A DNA stretch of 62,380 nt, counting the filler, from Rhabdomonas costata (taxonomy: Eukaryota): assembly GCA_019059605.1 (NCBI GenBank). It is 30 parts of 30 records of this genome, joined end to end, with 100 filler letters (N's around TTAATTAATTAA, not from the genome) between each part and the next. Parts side by side here need not be neighbours in the genome. Positions count along the whole stretch, not along the records: positions 33,363 to 35,342 come from JAHMHO010006765.1; positions 35,443 to 37,423 come from JAHMHO010006766.1; positions 37,524 to 39,503 come from JAHMHO010006767.1; positions 39,604 to 41,583 come from JAHMHO010006768.1; positions 41,684 to 43,663 come from JAHMHO010006769.1; positions 43,764 to 45,743 come from JAHMHO010006770.1; positions 45,844 to 47,823 come from JAHMHO010006771.1; 23 more parts are not named here. One strand, 5' to 3'. Both the position numbers and the translations under genes were made by a program. Shown here in pieces: positions 34,217-46,112 of this stretch (positions are counted from its first letter, which is position 1; every line of letters starts with the position of its first letter). The notes below the pieces were generated by a model, which saw only the letters and a list, made by a program, of their open reading frames with translations, did not search any database and was not told the origin of the DNA.

Positions 34217-35074
34217 TTTGTTCCCGTAACGAAACGTAGTGTAGTGTAGGGTTTAGGTACGAGAAAAACGGGAAAATGTCCGTGTGTGTGTGTGTCTGCG
34301 TGTGTAGACTTTTTTTAGCTTTTCTTTTTTGCGCGAAGTAGTGGGCGTTTCAAGCCTCCGTAGGGCCTTCAAGCCCAGGTTTGTGGGGGTGGGTTATCCG
34401 ATGGAAGAATTCCGGGGCAAAAATTCGACGATTTTAATTTTTCGAACCTAATCCCCCCTCATGAAAAATTTCAATTTTTGGGCCCGCGAACATTGCCGAA
34501 TTTTTTTCTCGAAAAACGCTAAAAAATTGTGTTTTTGGTACTATAGAACGAAGTAGTCTTCGAGTCCAGCCCTGTAAATTGACCTATCCCCCCCATTTTT
34601 GGGGTCGCAGAACACGAAAACACGGTTTGGTGCTTCGATTCGACCATCTTGACGCTGAAAACGCCGATTTTTGGCCGAATTTAGGATCTTTTCGAGGCCT
34701 GCCTCGGTGATACCATGCAAGGGTCGAAAATGGGGTGTCCAGGGTGAAAAAACCAACCCTCCGAAAATCGACCCAACATGACGTTTCTGAGATCGAGGTT
34801 CCAAAAAACGCGCTTTTATGCGGATTTGAGGGGTTTTTAGGCTCTGGGAACGGATTTTTGGGGCAAAAAAGCCTTGAAAGGGGGGCTTTCTGGCGTAGAA
34901 AAGGGCTTCAAAGGGGGTGAAAATGATGGGACTTAAGGTGGTGATTCGGTTGGTTGCAATAGCGGCAAACTGCGGGGAGGGGTCCCCCTTCCTCGAAGTA
35001 GGTGTAGTCCATGTTGGGATAAGCATGCACGGGACCCCTTAGCGCTGCGCCCGGCGCGCAGCGCCCTTACTTGT
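34217..35074 (+). mobile_element. Non-autonomous DINE-1/HINE-like (Helentron-associated) element
   Basis: 5' TTCCCGT (34221-34227) has an inverted partner ACGGGAA (34268-34274), followed by a GT/GTCT microsatellite. The 3' subterminal copy ACGGGAC (35029-35035) precedes a GC hairpin GCGCTGCGC/GCGCAGCGC (35042-35064) and CTTGT. The body is non-coding and rich in A/T tracts. Confidence 0.6.
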
Positions 35075-35467
35075 CATTGCCTCCTTTTGCATGCACTCCA
35101 CAAACCCTCTGTGCAAGTCAAGAAAAGTCGAAACAAGCTATTCCAAGAGGTTATGCTTTCTTCTTTTCGCATGTTCCCGCATGCATTTTTTCTAATTTCC
35201 TCGACCAGTGCACCAAACTATTTTAAGACAAATCTTGGATTCTTCAGGTTCATTGACTTGAGTGGCACTGTCCCAGTCCAAGCAAAAAATATTCTGTCAC
35301 AGGATTACGGTCTTCGGCTGAAGCGAGTGCCACACCAACCCCNNNNNNNNNNNNNNNNNNNNNNNNNNNNNNNNNNNNNNNNNNNNTTAATTAATTAANN
35401 NNNNNNNNNNNNNNNNNNNNNNNNNNNNNNNNNNNNNNNNNNCGTGAGGCAGCGAGGCGTAGAGGAA

Positions 35468-35605
35468 ACAAGGTGTGATCTGATGGGCCCAAGCCCCATC
35501 GAGGATGGGGAACCCAGGGAGGGAAGAGAAACACGAGTCTTCCACAGAAAAAATCGCGTTGGCCAAGGTATGTGTGTGTATGTGTTTGTGCGTGTGCGCG
35601 TGCGC
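35468..35605 (+). repeat. Second copy of the (TG)-tailed repeat terminus
   Basis: Collinear with 29963-30115. Confidence 0.72.
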
Positions 35606-36032
35606 GATGAGATCCAAGGATAAAAAAGGGCCTGAAGTCTTGTGCCCTGGTGAAGAGCCCCAAAAACGATATTGTTGAACGCAAACATGGAATGCGGAAA
35701 TGGGTCATTCCCAGGCTGTGGCGGGCGGTGTATCCAACCGTCCCACGGTACGGTTTCGGCGCAACCGCTTGGAGGTTCGCAGTGAGGAGGCAGCTTCAGA
35801 GGTGTGAGCGTGGGCAGTTATTTCCTAGGTGCGGGACGGACGGGCTTTGGGCAGGCAAACTGCACTCATTTTCTTTTTTAGTTTTGTGGGACACGGAGGT
35901 TTGATAGCTGAAAGTTAGAAAGAAGAAAATATGTCTGTAGCATACATAGGAATCTCTGCCTGCCAGTACATACAACGAACATGCCAAAGTAACGAAAACA
36001 GCCCGATGCCTTATCTGCTTCTCGCTTCTCAG

Positions 36033-37017
36033 TGGAAATGAAGGATGTTACGGCGATTCTTCTGGGTCAGTACACCAAGGTCTTCCAAAGGAACCAGAGC
36101 AACATGACAGAGCCCGACTTCTACCTCTCCTTCTCACTGGTTATCAAGAACGGTGTGCAGTTGAGGCAATGCTGTCTACTGAGACCTGGGCTTGGCAAAA
36201 GACTTTTTTCAGCACCTTCTTCCTCTTCCGCTGAAAATCTTCATGTCGGAAGGAATTTTAATTCTTTAACTCTGAAGTGAAAGGGGTATTCGAGTTATTG
36301 TTGGTCAATGTGGGTATTTTCTTTTTTGAGGGGTGGGTTACCCGCACGGTTTAAAAAGGTAAGCGAACTGTTGACCTTGTGGCCGACACCATTTCTGAGT
36401 ATGAAGCCTGGCTGATGGGGCTGTCCTTTGCCGCGCAGTGCGAGCCCAAGTGGGGTGTGTTGCACTCAGTTCCTGTTACCGTGCTGCTTGTGCCCAGGCA
36501 CTTTTTTTTTACGTGTGTTTGTGGATCGCTCAAAATAAACCGCTAAAATATACTCGCGGCAGAGCGAGAAGCGATGCAGGCCTGAAACACTATTGGACCG
36601 AACTTACCAACGGCCGAGCTGTGGCTACTGTAAGCTCTTTATTTTCTCTTTGTTTGGCATTTTTCTCCCACGCAGTGGAGGGACCCACCGCCGACTATGC
36701 ACTCACCCCCAACCCAAGTCCGCTCCCGTGGCAAATTGGGGGCCCAAGCAAATGGCTCATTACCGCTCGTGCTCTCCATACGGACTTTTGGACTTTCGCT
36801 CCTGAAAGCTGCGTCGATGCATCGATGGAACACTGCCGGGTTCATCTTTTCAGGAAGGAAGCTGGACCTGGCCATGGAGGAGGATTTCGGCGGCCTCAGC
36901 AAGGACGAGCAAGTGGTGTGCTCAGAGAACCACATCACTCCGCAGCTGTTCCTGAAGCTGAAGGAAGTCGTGATAGACCGCCGCGACGAAGTGAAGCAAA
37001 GCATCCGTCTATTCAAC
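36033..37017 (+). CDS. PH-domain protein with a downstream SWIRM/homeodomain-like segment, three exons (partial)
   Basis: Exons 36033-36152, 36359-36454 and 36854-37017. 'VTAILLGQYTKVFQR...SFSLV...RTVDLVADTISEYEAWLMGL' is a PLC-delta-type PH domain, followed by 'LSKDEQVVCSENHITPQLFLKLKE'. Confidence 0.8.
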
Positions 37018-39967
37018 GTGCGCCCCAGCCGCAACCACCACACATGCGGCCCATACACCTGCACCTTCACGAAATATCGCACTGGACATTTTTATTTCAA
37101 AATGTAGTTCTGGAAGTGGAAACATGAACATAATTTCACTCAGTAGCTTTCTTAGTGACTATGCCATGCAGTCATGCAAAGTTCATCACAATTCGGGCTG
37201 TATGTCCAAACTCGTGTGGATTTTGGAACCTTCAAAAATTTTCGAATAAGCACATGGCGTGAAACGTAAACACTTTTGGCGTTCGTTTTGTGGTATTGTC
37301 GTCCTTGTCAATTTCCATTGTTTTTTAACCTGTCAGATTCGAGGTGAAAAGAGCATTATTTGCACCACTGTTTATTATTGAGCGCTACGCTCTGTGGTTC
37401 TCTCAATCCCGCAACACACACACNNNNNNNNNNNNNNNNNNNNNNNNNNNNNNNNNNNNNNNNNNNNTTAATTAATTAANNNNNNNNNNNNNNNNNNNNN
37501 NNNNNNNNNNNNNNNNNNNNNNNTTTTTTTTGTCCCAGCCAAAATAATTCAATGCTTTTGTTGAGTAGAGAATGAGAATCGCTCCGGAGAATCCGGAGAA
37601 TCGCCGCATAAATGGATCGGATTCGGAAGTTCAGTTCCACAGAGAGTAGGATCGATACTTTAGTAGGTTATTCCACAGGCAATAATCTGCGCAGAGGGCA
37701 ACGCTGTGAGGTTTGGGACGCCAACGCAAGCACAGACTATGGCCGAGTTTGATAAAACACCTGAGTCAAAGGGCGATGCTCGTTTCCTTGGAGTTGCACA
37801 GTGTTTGCTGCAGACGTTAAGTCACATCAGTGTATGTTGCGCACCTTCCAGTTCACATTTATCGTTGAAACGCCTAACCCTAGGATGGGTTGCGGGATCG
37901 GAGCACATGATTTGCCTAGGGGGCGAGCATCCACCGTGGTCCCCAGCAGGAAGGCGGCGGCGATCAGCCAAGGCTCAAAAGCCTCGAAAGAGAAAGAGAA
38001 ATTCTCGGATCGCCATTTTGTTCATATTGCGAGTATGTATTTGGAGTTGTATGTGGAGTGTTCAGATAGAATGAAAAAATGGGGGAAATTGCCGGATAGG
38101 GAGAGGGACACGTTGAATGCTTTGGACGAGTTAGATGCGGCCGAAGTGGTGTTCCTGCTGAGCAGGGCAGGGCTCATTCCAGCGACAGTCAACAAATCCC
38201 ATTCTTTGTTTGTATGGTCGGAGATCGACGTGGCTGCTGGTCTGCCAATATGTTTGCGCGACACCCAAATGATCACTAGACTTGTCGGAATCACGTCGGC
38301 GTGAAACATGTTCAGTTGTGCGCCGCGGGAGCGGATAAAAGAGGAAATCAAAGGGGTACATGAACCTTTTCGTGCCTGTTCCGGTCTTCCTAAAAGCGCA
38401 ATGCCAGCTAAGCTGGAATCGATTGAACAGAAGCGTTTCCGTCTGTTACGTGGCGAATCTTAGAATATGAAAAGTGTTGTTGTGGTTATTTTTCCATGGC
38501 TTCGAGGTGCAGAGGAACCAAAGATGCAGCAGCGAGCACGTGCGCGCTTGAGTGAGGCGAATGAGCAACCACTACAGAAAGAAATTAGGAGGAGAGGGGG
38601 GTCATTAAATGAAAGAAATAGAAGAAGAGAAGAGGATATTACGGTAGTGGGTTGGTCGTCGGTGCTGCTCTGTTATTTGCACTTCCTCAGGGCTCAGCAG
38701 TTTTTTCTTTCCCTCTTTTGGGGGTGTGGCTTTGTGGTTTTTCCTTTCAGTAGTACTCTAGACTGTAAATCAACTCAGCGCGTGTCGTTTTCTTCGCCTA
38801 TTCTCCTTTCTGTGTTTTCAGCGTGTGAGCGTGTGTGTGGGCCTTCAGCTCCTCGCCCGCTACATACCGTAGTCCTTTCACCCTCGGGCGGGGGCGGGAA
38901 AGGTTGGTCATCTGCCGGAACCCTTTCGAGCGTGTTTATCTTCTTCCTTCTCGTTTCACGGCGTGCGCCTTACTCCTGAGCCAGAATGCGTTTCGGGCCA
39001 ATCATCAAAACTGCATTGCAACAAACGTCCTCACTACCTGGAATTTTCTTCCCAAAAAACATTTTTCAGGGCTTTGTACAAATTCGAATTCACGCTTCCG
39101 CTGTACAAAGAGCTTGCGGCTGCTGAGGAAGTCAGCCGTCGGTCGTTTCACCCCTGGCCGGTCTGTGAATCATTTTTTTTTGGAAATTCTCTCTCTACAG
39201 TGGGGGTCCAAACAGAGAGAACGAACTCACAATGGAGAGAATCAGAGAATGGGAGCCCGGGAAGAAAGCGTCAGAAACCGGTCTCTTGTCCCTCCGGCCG
39301 CACCATAGGGGTTCACAGAGCAAGATCAGATAGTTCTGTAGAGCATGAAGCTCCCGAGGAAGGGAAGATCTGCTCACCTAGGCTTTTGCAGTCCGACGGT
39401 GAGCAAAGCTCCCGGGAACCGACCGACCCCAGACCACATAGCAGCGAAAGGGCCACGCCCTTTCCAATGCCCTCAAATTGAGACCGATCAATCCCACCAC
39501 ACCNNNNNNNNNNNNNNNNNNNNNNNNNNNNNNNNNNNNNNNNNNNNTTAATTAATTAANNNNNNNNNNNNNNNNNNNNNNNNNNNNNNNNNNNNNNNNN
39601 NNNAGTCTTTCAAAGGTCCCCAGAAGTCTTAATGCACCACAACACAGAATATACAAGAAGATTGAGCAGCCTCAGGAAGGAAGCACGCAGCACGCAGATC
39701 ACTACAACTTGATTTCCTCCAGGTACGACAGGATACACAAGGTTGCAGGTGATTAAAGGGCAATGCACGTGGCCACAGTGACAAGCCATAAGAACTTGCA
39801 TTGTGTTATACGGCGATGCGCGCGGTCCCTGGGACAAGTCATAAGTCATCTTTCATGGGGTTATGTGGCTATGCACGCGCGGTGGGAAGTGCGTTGGAGC
39901 GGAGCCCTCACAACATACTCTGTACCTCTTTATACCTCATACCCTCATACCCTCATACATTATCTTG

Positions 39968-40417
39968 CTACCACCACGTCCGCTTTGCCATCTCTTGCAC
40001 CTGGAGCATTTGTAACGCATTCTTTCTAAGCTCCTCCTTGCACTTCTCATACATCTTTTGCTTCAGTATTCCTACTGCTTGATTGTTTTTGGTTAGAACG
40101 TCTTCTTTAATTGACGCCAGGTAAACCAGAAAACAGTCTTTTGCGGTAATTTTTCTCCCTTTTTTGATAGGAATGGTGCGTAATGATGCACCTTTACTTT
40201 CGTTTGCCTCGCCACATGAAATCTCATTTCCCTCCGCGTCATAGCAAGCAACATAATGTGAAAGAAAGCGTGTGTCAGTAAAATACACCGATATATCTTT
40301 CTTCCTGTGATATCTTGGGTCTGTTAAATAAACCGAAAAGAGTGTCACTAAAATACGCTTCATAGATGGGGTCACCAAAATAAACTTCTGGAGTCCACAT
40401 AATTCCACAAAGACCAT
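39968..40417 (-). CDS. Hypothetical 149-aa intronless protein in an AT-rich contig
   Basis: ATG-to-TAG ORF with AT-rich codons, unlike the GC3-rich exons elsewhere. The start codon sits in TAATAAATG. Confidence 0.45.
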   Translation of the reverse strand: MVFVELCGLQKFILVTPSMKRILVTLFSVYLTDPRYHRKKDISVYFTDTRFLSHYVACYDAEGNEISCGEANESKGASLRTIPIKKGRKITAKDCFLVYLASIKEDVLTKNNQAVGILKQKMYEKCKEELRKNALQMLQVQEMAKRTWW

Positions 40418-43400
40418 TTATTAATTGGCGAAAGATAACGGCTTTTCAAAGTGTTCGAAACACTTAAACTAGTGGCAAGTAATTGTGATTATGTGATTAT
40501 GTTCTTAAAATTGATACTGATAAGCGGCTACAACATCTAATAAATTAAGCAGGCGCAAAAATAGGATGCAGTGAAAGTGAGCACATTATCGGGCATTGTT
40601 CATAAAAAGTACAACACGTATGCGACATGACGTTTACACAATCAATAGAATCAACACGCATATCATAAGTCTTCTATATCAGTCTACAACGCAAACTGGG
40701 AGTTTTACCACGACACACCACGTGATGCCATGAATGACCGCCTTAATAATTATAGACTAAAGACTTCCGTCTTAATGTCACATACTAAATTCTTTGCTAT
40801 GTAGAGTAAACTAGACAGCTATAGGATGAAATGGATAATTGTTGCGTATACATACGTAGAATTTTCATAGCTTTTCTCTCAAAAAACACGTTTGTTTAAA
40901 GATTTGTTTATCTCTTATACTTGATCTGTTTCAATGATATGTCTAGCATTATAAAAACACGATTGTTGAGGTGAAATATGTACATGTAATTAAGCGTCAA
41001 AACTTACAAATTTCTCTTAATAAAAGTAACATTAATCATTTTATTTATTCAACGTTTAACAGCGTAAACATCTGCGCAAAAACCTGTTGTATTAGATAAA
41101 TTTACTGCACTGAATGCACCACAGTTTTGTAATTGTTTCAAATAGACCACTCAAGTACTTAAAAGTGTAACGCTTTATCCAAGGCATTTTTAGAAACGTG
41201 CTTGGTAAGAAACGTGTATTTAGACACTTTTCTTGTGTTAATACCAAAGATATGTTTTTCAAATTGAAGTCAACTGTAATAATTTACAAATATGTCTACA
41301 ACATTCCTGCGTAATGCAGTGTTAGTTCAGGTTGTAGTATTTCATCATTAAGTAAAAACGCTTTGAATGAGCAAGGACGCAATTACTAGAACTTTGTTTA
41401 GAACAACTATAACATTTGAGCCTGCAATGAAACTTCAAGTGTTTGATACACGTTTAACGCTGAAATAAGTTGGTAATTAATTTTACCATCATAAAAAGCT
41501 TTGGTGTAAAATTCATCAATATTTTGTTCATTCAGAAATACAGAAAAATACAGAAAACCAAGCATCGGCGTTGACACAAAAAANNNNNNNNNNNNNNNNN
41601 NNNNNNNNNNNNNNNNNNNNNNNNNNNTTAATTAATTAANNNNNNNNNNNNNNNNNNNNNNNNNNNNNNNNNNNNNNNNNNNNGTGTGTGTGTGGGTGGG
41701 TGGGTGCGGGTGGGTGCGTGTACCTGAGGCTTTTCCCTCCTTCCCCCCGCTGCTTTTCTTCTATGTGCCCGGCTCAGGAACGCCCTCATGATGGATTATT
41801 TCTGGGGCTGGCGAAGGACGCAGCATTGTAAACAGGTCAGTCCAATGCCGTTTCCGTTGGAACGTCCTCACACTAGACAGCGTGCCGTGAACACAAGCAC
41901 AGAAGAGCTACAAACGACACCTTCGTAATAGCGGAACACTCTCAAAAGCATACAAATTGGTACACGGTCCACGGTCCACGTTACTTCTGCTTCCTGACTT
42001 ATTGAAAGTTCTGACCTCCCATGCGCAACGTACTCTAATTTTCCGCTTTAAATTTCATAAACACGCCCTCTCTTGCGGGGCGGTACAGCAGCCTGAATGC
42101 AAAAAAGTCGGACTTACAAGGGAAAATGCAGCATAGCTAACCCTACGGTAAAGAAGAGACCACGGGACGTAAGAATAAATTCAAATTTTCTTCGCGTTCG
42201 TAGCTCCATCCAACGCGCAGTATTAAATTCGTTCTTGGAACATCCTTGGCGTACTGAATGTGTGCGTGTGTGCGTGTGTGCGTGTGACTTTTGCACAGCC
42301 AGTGAACCAACTCCACAAATAGTAATCCAACCATCGCAGGGCTATGAGGGGATGGCAAGTCAAAGTCCAAACCATCAGAGCAGGAGTTGAAGAAGTACAA
42401 CACCGTACCAAGGTTACAACTACAGGCGAGATAGTTTCGGGCCTACATTGCTTGATTGGGGTGGGTGCGCCGAATGGCCTCCGGTCTCAAGCAGAGACGC
42501 ACGCGGTACTGCAGCCGCAGGGGGCAAAGGTGAAACGACATCCAGCCACCTCAGCCGTAACCTCAATTAATGAGGTTGCACTCCCAAAGTCATAGTGGGA
42601 AACAGAGAACAACAACAGAAGTGGCGCCCTCAAAAGACTCCAGCAAAGCTCGCATTCACCTTTCTTTTCGTCCTGGTGTGCGGACGACACCTCGCCAACT
42701 TTCTTCATTACTTTCTTTGCTTCCTGTCCAAACTTCCTCAGATAGCGGCAGGATCCTGCAGAAGTCCTCTGCAAATTTGAACTGCTAGGATTTTTGGAAA
42801 TCCCTTTCAACTATCAAGCACGATTTCGTACCAGAAAACAAGGTAGCAAGAAGCAGGAAAAAAAACACTCTGCTTCTATTGCCGACATCAAATTATCTCG
42901 GCCGTTCAAGCGGTTCTCTGGTCCTTCATCGCCATGTACGAGCACTTTCTGGCACTCGCTTGGTTGCATTGTGCAAGTTTCAACTTAAAGACCCTGAGCA
43001 GCTACACATAAAGGACACACAACAAAAAACCAACTCCTTTAAAGTTTTAAGATGTCTGACATATCCCTCGCACTTGAAACCGCAGGAAGACTTCTTTTTT
43101 AACTAGAACTTAGGAAACAACGAAAATCTCTCCGACCAAAAATTTCGTATAAAGGAATGCATCAGGTGGACTGTCAGCAGAAAAATAGACTGCACGGCAA
43201 TTCCGGCAATTATGCCCAGAGCACATTATCCAAATTGATACTTCAGCACCGCATTATTTATACGAGCCTAAGCACCCAAGACATCGAACACTGGGAGCTC
43301 CGCTGCAAAAAAGGAGAAAATGTTTTCCGCTTTCCACAACCCGAACCGATAAAAACACCACTACCGCAGTGCTGCGAAGGGTTTGTCGTGTTCGCCATTT

Positions 43401-44123
43401 TCCGTCTTTTTCACGACAAAATCAAAACACTCCTGGGTCACAAATTTGGCACAAACAGCAGGAGCACACGGGACACGGAAAAGCAGAGGGCCCAAGCGGG
43501 CCCTTTTGGACGTATTGCGTGGAGGGAGATACTGGTACCCCAGAAAGAATGATTTTTACGGCTTCCGTGGGGGGCCATCTTGAAAGGCCAGTTTCTGGAG
43601 TCAAGAAACCGGTTTTCAATAGCCACACAAAACGATTTGCCGGAGTTTCCTGAAAAAACAAACNNNNNNNNNNNNNNNNNNNNNNNNNNNNNNNNNNNNN
43701 NNNNNNNTTAATTAATTAANNNNNNNNNNNNNNNNNNNNNNNNNNNNNNNNNNNNNNNNNNNNTGTTTTTTATACTGATTCTAAGTTTTCAAGTTCACCT
43801 TGGGTATTGTATTTTTCTGCATGTTTTTGGTTTCGGGAGGTTTTCACATGTGTGTGTGTTTCGTTTTTTTCTGCTTGCCTTTGTCTCTGCTTTGAATCAT
43901 TTTTGTTCTTTGATTGTCTTCCTCTTTTTTTTTGTGTGTGTGTTATAGGTTTTTCGACTTGTTGACAGGGTTAGAAGGTTTAGTTGTGTGTATGCATTGG
44001 TTCTGTATGTGCTTTGGAAAATGCTCCAGAGGACACTGACGGAATCAGCCGTCTTTTATTTCCTAGATCCCTTGTGTATCTTTTTTACCTGACAGTATCT
44101 TGTATAGTATAACCACCCCACGG

Positions 44124-45481
44124 ATGGCCACCGGAGAAAGCGCTGGAGGACTGTCGGAAGCTCTTGCTCTGCTGAGCAATACGCACCGTGTCGAGCGCGA
44201 GTCCGGTGTGCAGAAGCTCCGAAAACTTCTGAGCACCAGTGGTGCGTCTGTTTGCAAGCCTGCTTTCCGTATGCCTCAATGTCAACATCTTCATAATGCA
44301 ACCTTACTGACCTTTGGGTTCCCAAAATGAAATAAGAAGAATTTTTTAACCCTTCAACGAATCTTCATGTCTTTGTGTTACTTTTGCAGAGTTTGACTTT
44401 GGGTTGGCGAGGCAGATGCTTGCCCAGTTGTCAAAGAGCGAAAAATGGGAAGCCCGTCAAGGAGGCCTTAACGGCCTCGGTGCACTACTGACATGGTGAG
44501 TATGAATGTTTGATGTTTCTTCTTTGATTTTCGTCACATTGTCCGAGCTGCTCAAGCTTTCCCAATCAAGTGATGCAAATGGTGTTTCCTTGCAGTCATC
44601 GATCAACGTAAACCGGAACGCTGCTCGGAAACTCTGAAGGTCTTTCGGGCTACCCATCAAGCCTCTTCAAACTCCTCAGGATCCTTACCAATCGTCAGAG
44701 ATCTCACCGGATATGATGGCGCCGGGGGTGGGGACAGGACCACTTGTTGCTAAACAGACCCGTCCAAGCGAAGTACCTAATTTCGGGCACTTTTTCGCCC
44801 CCTTGATGACTGACGTCCTCGCAGTTATAAGTGAGGCCGTTGGGTTGGGCCTCCGAGTCCCTGTCTTGGCCCATATGTCCTCCGCGTAAGGTCCTTCTGA
44901 GGCGTGTTGGGGGGAGGGGAGGTGCTGCAGGAAACGCTCGATTTTCGGTTGTCTTTGCGTTTTGCTTTTGCTCGATGCAACCTGCATCAGCCGTATATTT
45001 ATGTCTTTCTTCAGGATTGGCGACCACCACCCTGCGATTGCTCGTGACAGCGCGGAGGGAGTGGTCGCAGTTGCACTTGCACTGTTGGAGGACCCCGAGT
45101 TTCGTGTTCGACTTGTTGCTGGTTTGTGTGAGCATCCACTGGCACGCTAACGTTTGTACGCAATACACCGTTTTGCCACCTGTTCTTCGGTTTCTTCTTC
45201 AGCCTCTTCTCGTGCCGATGTCCTCTGAAACTGTGTGCATTGGCAAGACTTTGCAGGTACCTTAGAACTGACGCCCATACCTCTCACCCCAGGGGACGTC
45301 CTGGGGATCGCCTGTGGTGTTGGCGGAATGGAGCTGTACGGCCGAGTCGTGCAGGCCTCCCTTCTGCAGCACATTGAGGAAAACCTGGTGCTGGATCGGG
45401 ACTCGCTTGCCGACCAAACTCCAGAAGGGGCGCGGCTGAAAGAGAAGCTGCTGCGTGGGCAGGAACTAACTGAGCAGAGGG
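44124..45481 (+). CDS. HEAT/ARM-repeat protein, first four exons (partial)
   Basis: Exons 44124-44241, 44390-44495, 45015-45121 and 45293 to about 45481 keep phase. Motifs 'SEKWEARQGGL' and 'LLEDPEFRVRLVAGDVLG'. Confidence 0.8.
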
Positions 45482-46112
45482 GTTAGTCTGTCCTGTTGCT
45501 TTTCTGCGATCTGTATTCATCTGCAGACCGCACCCCACTGTACCACGATCGCGAGTCGTGTGGCCATGCTACTACGATGTGGGCCCGACGTGGTAAATGC
45601 GTTAGGGAGCCTTCAAAAATGCCTTGCAAATGCTGCGAGTCCAGACTTTCACCCGCTGAAGGCTCGTGAGTTCCCGTGCGCTTACCGTTGCTCTGCCTAT
45701 GTTATGTCACAGATATACCAAAACAACCACACACACCCAACACNNNNNNNNNNNNNNNNNNNNNNNNNNNNNNNNNNNNNNNNNNNNTTAATTAATTAAN
45801 NNNNNNNNNNNNNNNNNNNNNNNNNNNNNNNNNNNNNNNNNNNCAGGTCCCATGAGACCTCCTCTTTTTTCATACCCCAGCGAAAATTCCACCTTCTCCG
45901 GATACTAGCCTGGGGTTTGTGTACAGGTACAGCAGGCCTTCCGAAACGTTGCGTCCCGGTCTTCGGTCAGAATTTTCTGACCTTTCCTCCTTGCTGGTGG
46001 CCTTCGACACAACCAGCCAATGACCTTCGCAACGAAAGAGCCAGCTGAAAACTTCAGCTGATTGGGAACCGCTTCTGCCGTCAGCCGACAAATGCAACTA
46101 TTTCTGCTGGGG

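Noticed and set aside
37524..39503. ORFs 37801-38304 and 38963-39481 and small candidate exons
   Set aside because: Possibly coding, but I could not build a phase-consistent model or recognise a family.
40879..41583. Minus-strand frame with 13 TAA/TAG and no TGA until codon 235, suggesting TAR-to-Gln recoding
   Set aside because: That many TAA/TAG stops is about what AT-rich DNA gives by chance, and they cluster as if from frameshifts. The neighbouring 149-aa ORF has no internal TAR, and the host genes use TAA/TAG as stops.
41684..43663. Possible minus-strand exons around 42665-42960
   Set aside because: The reading frame is ambiguous and no domain is recognisable.
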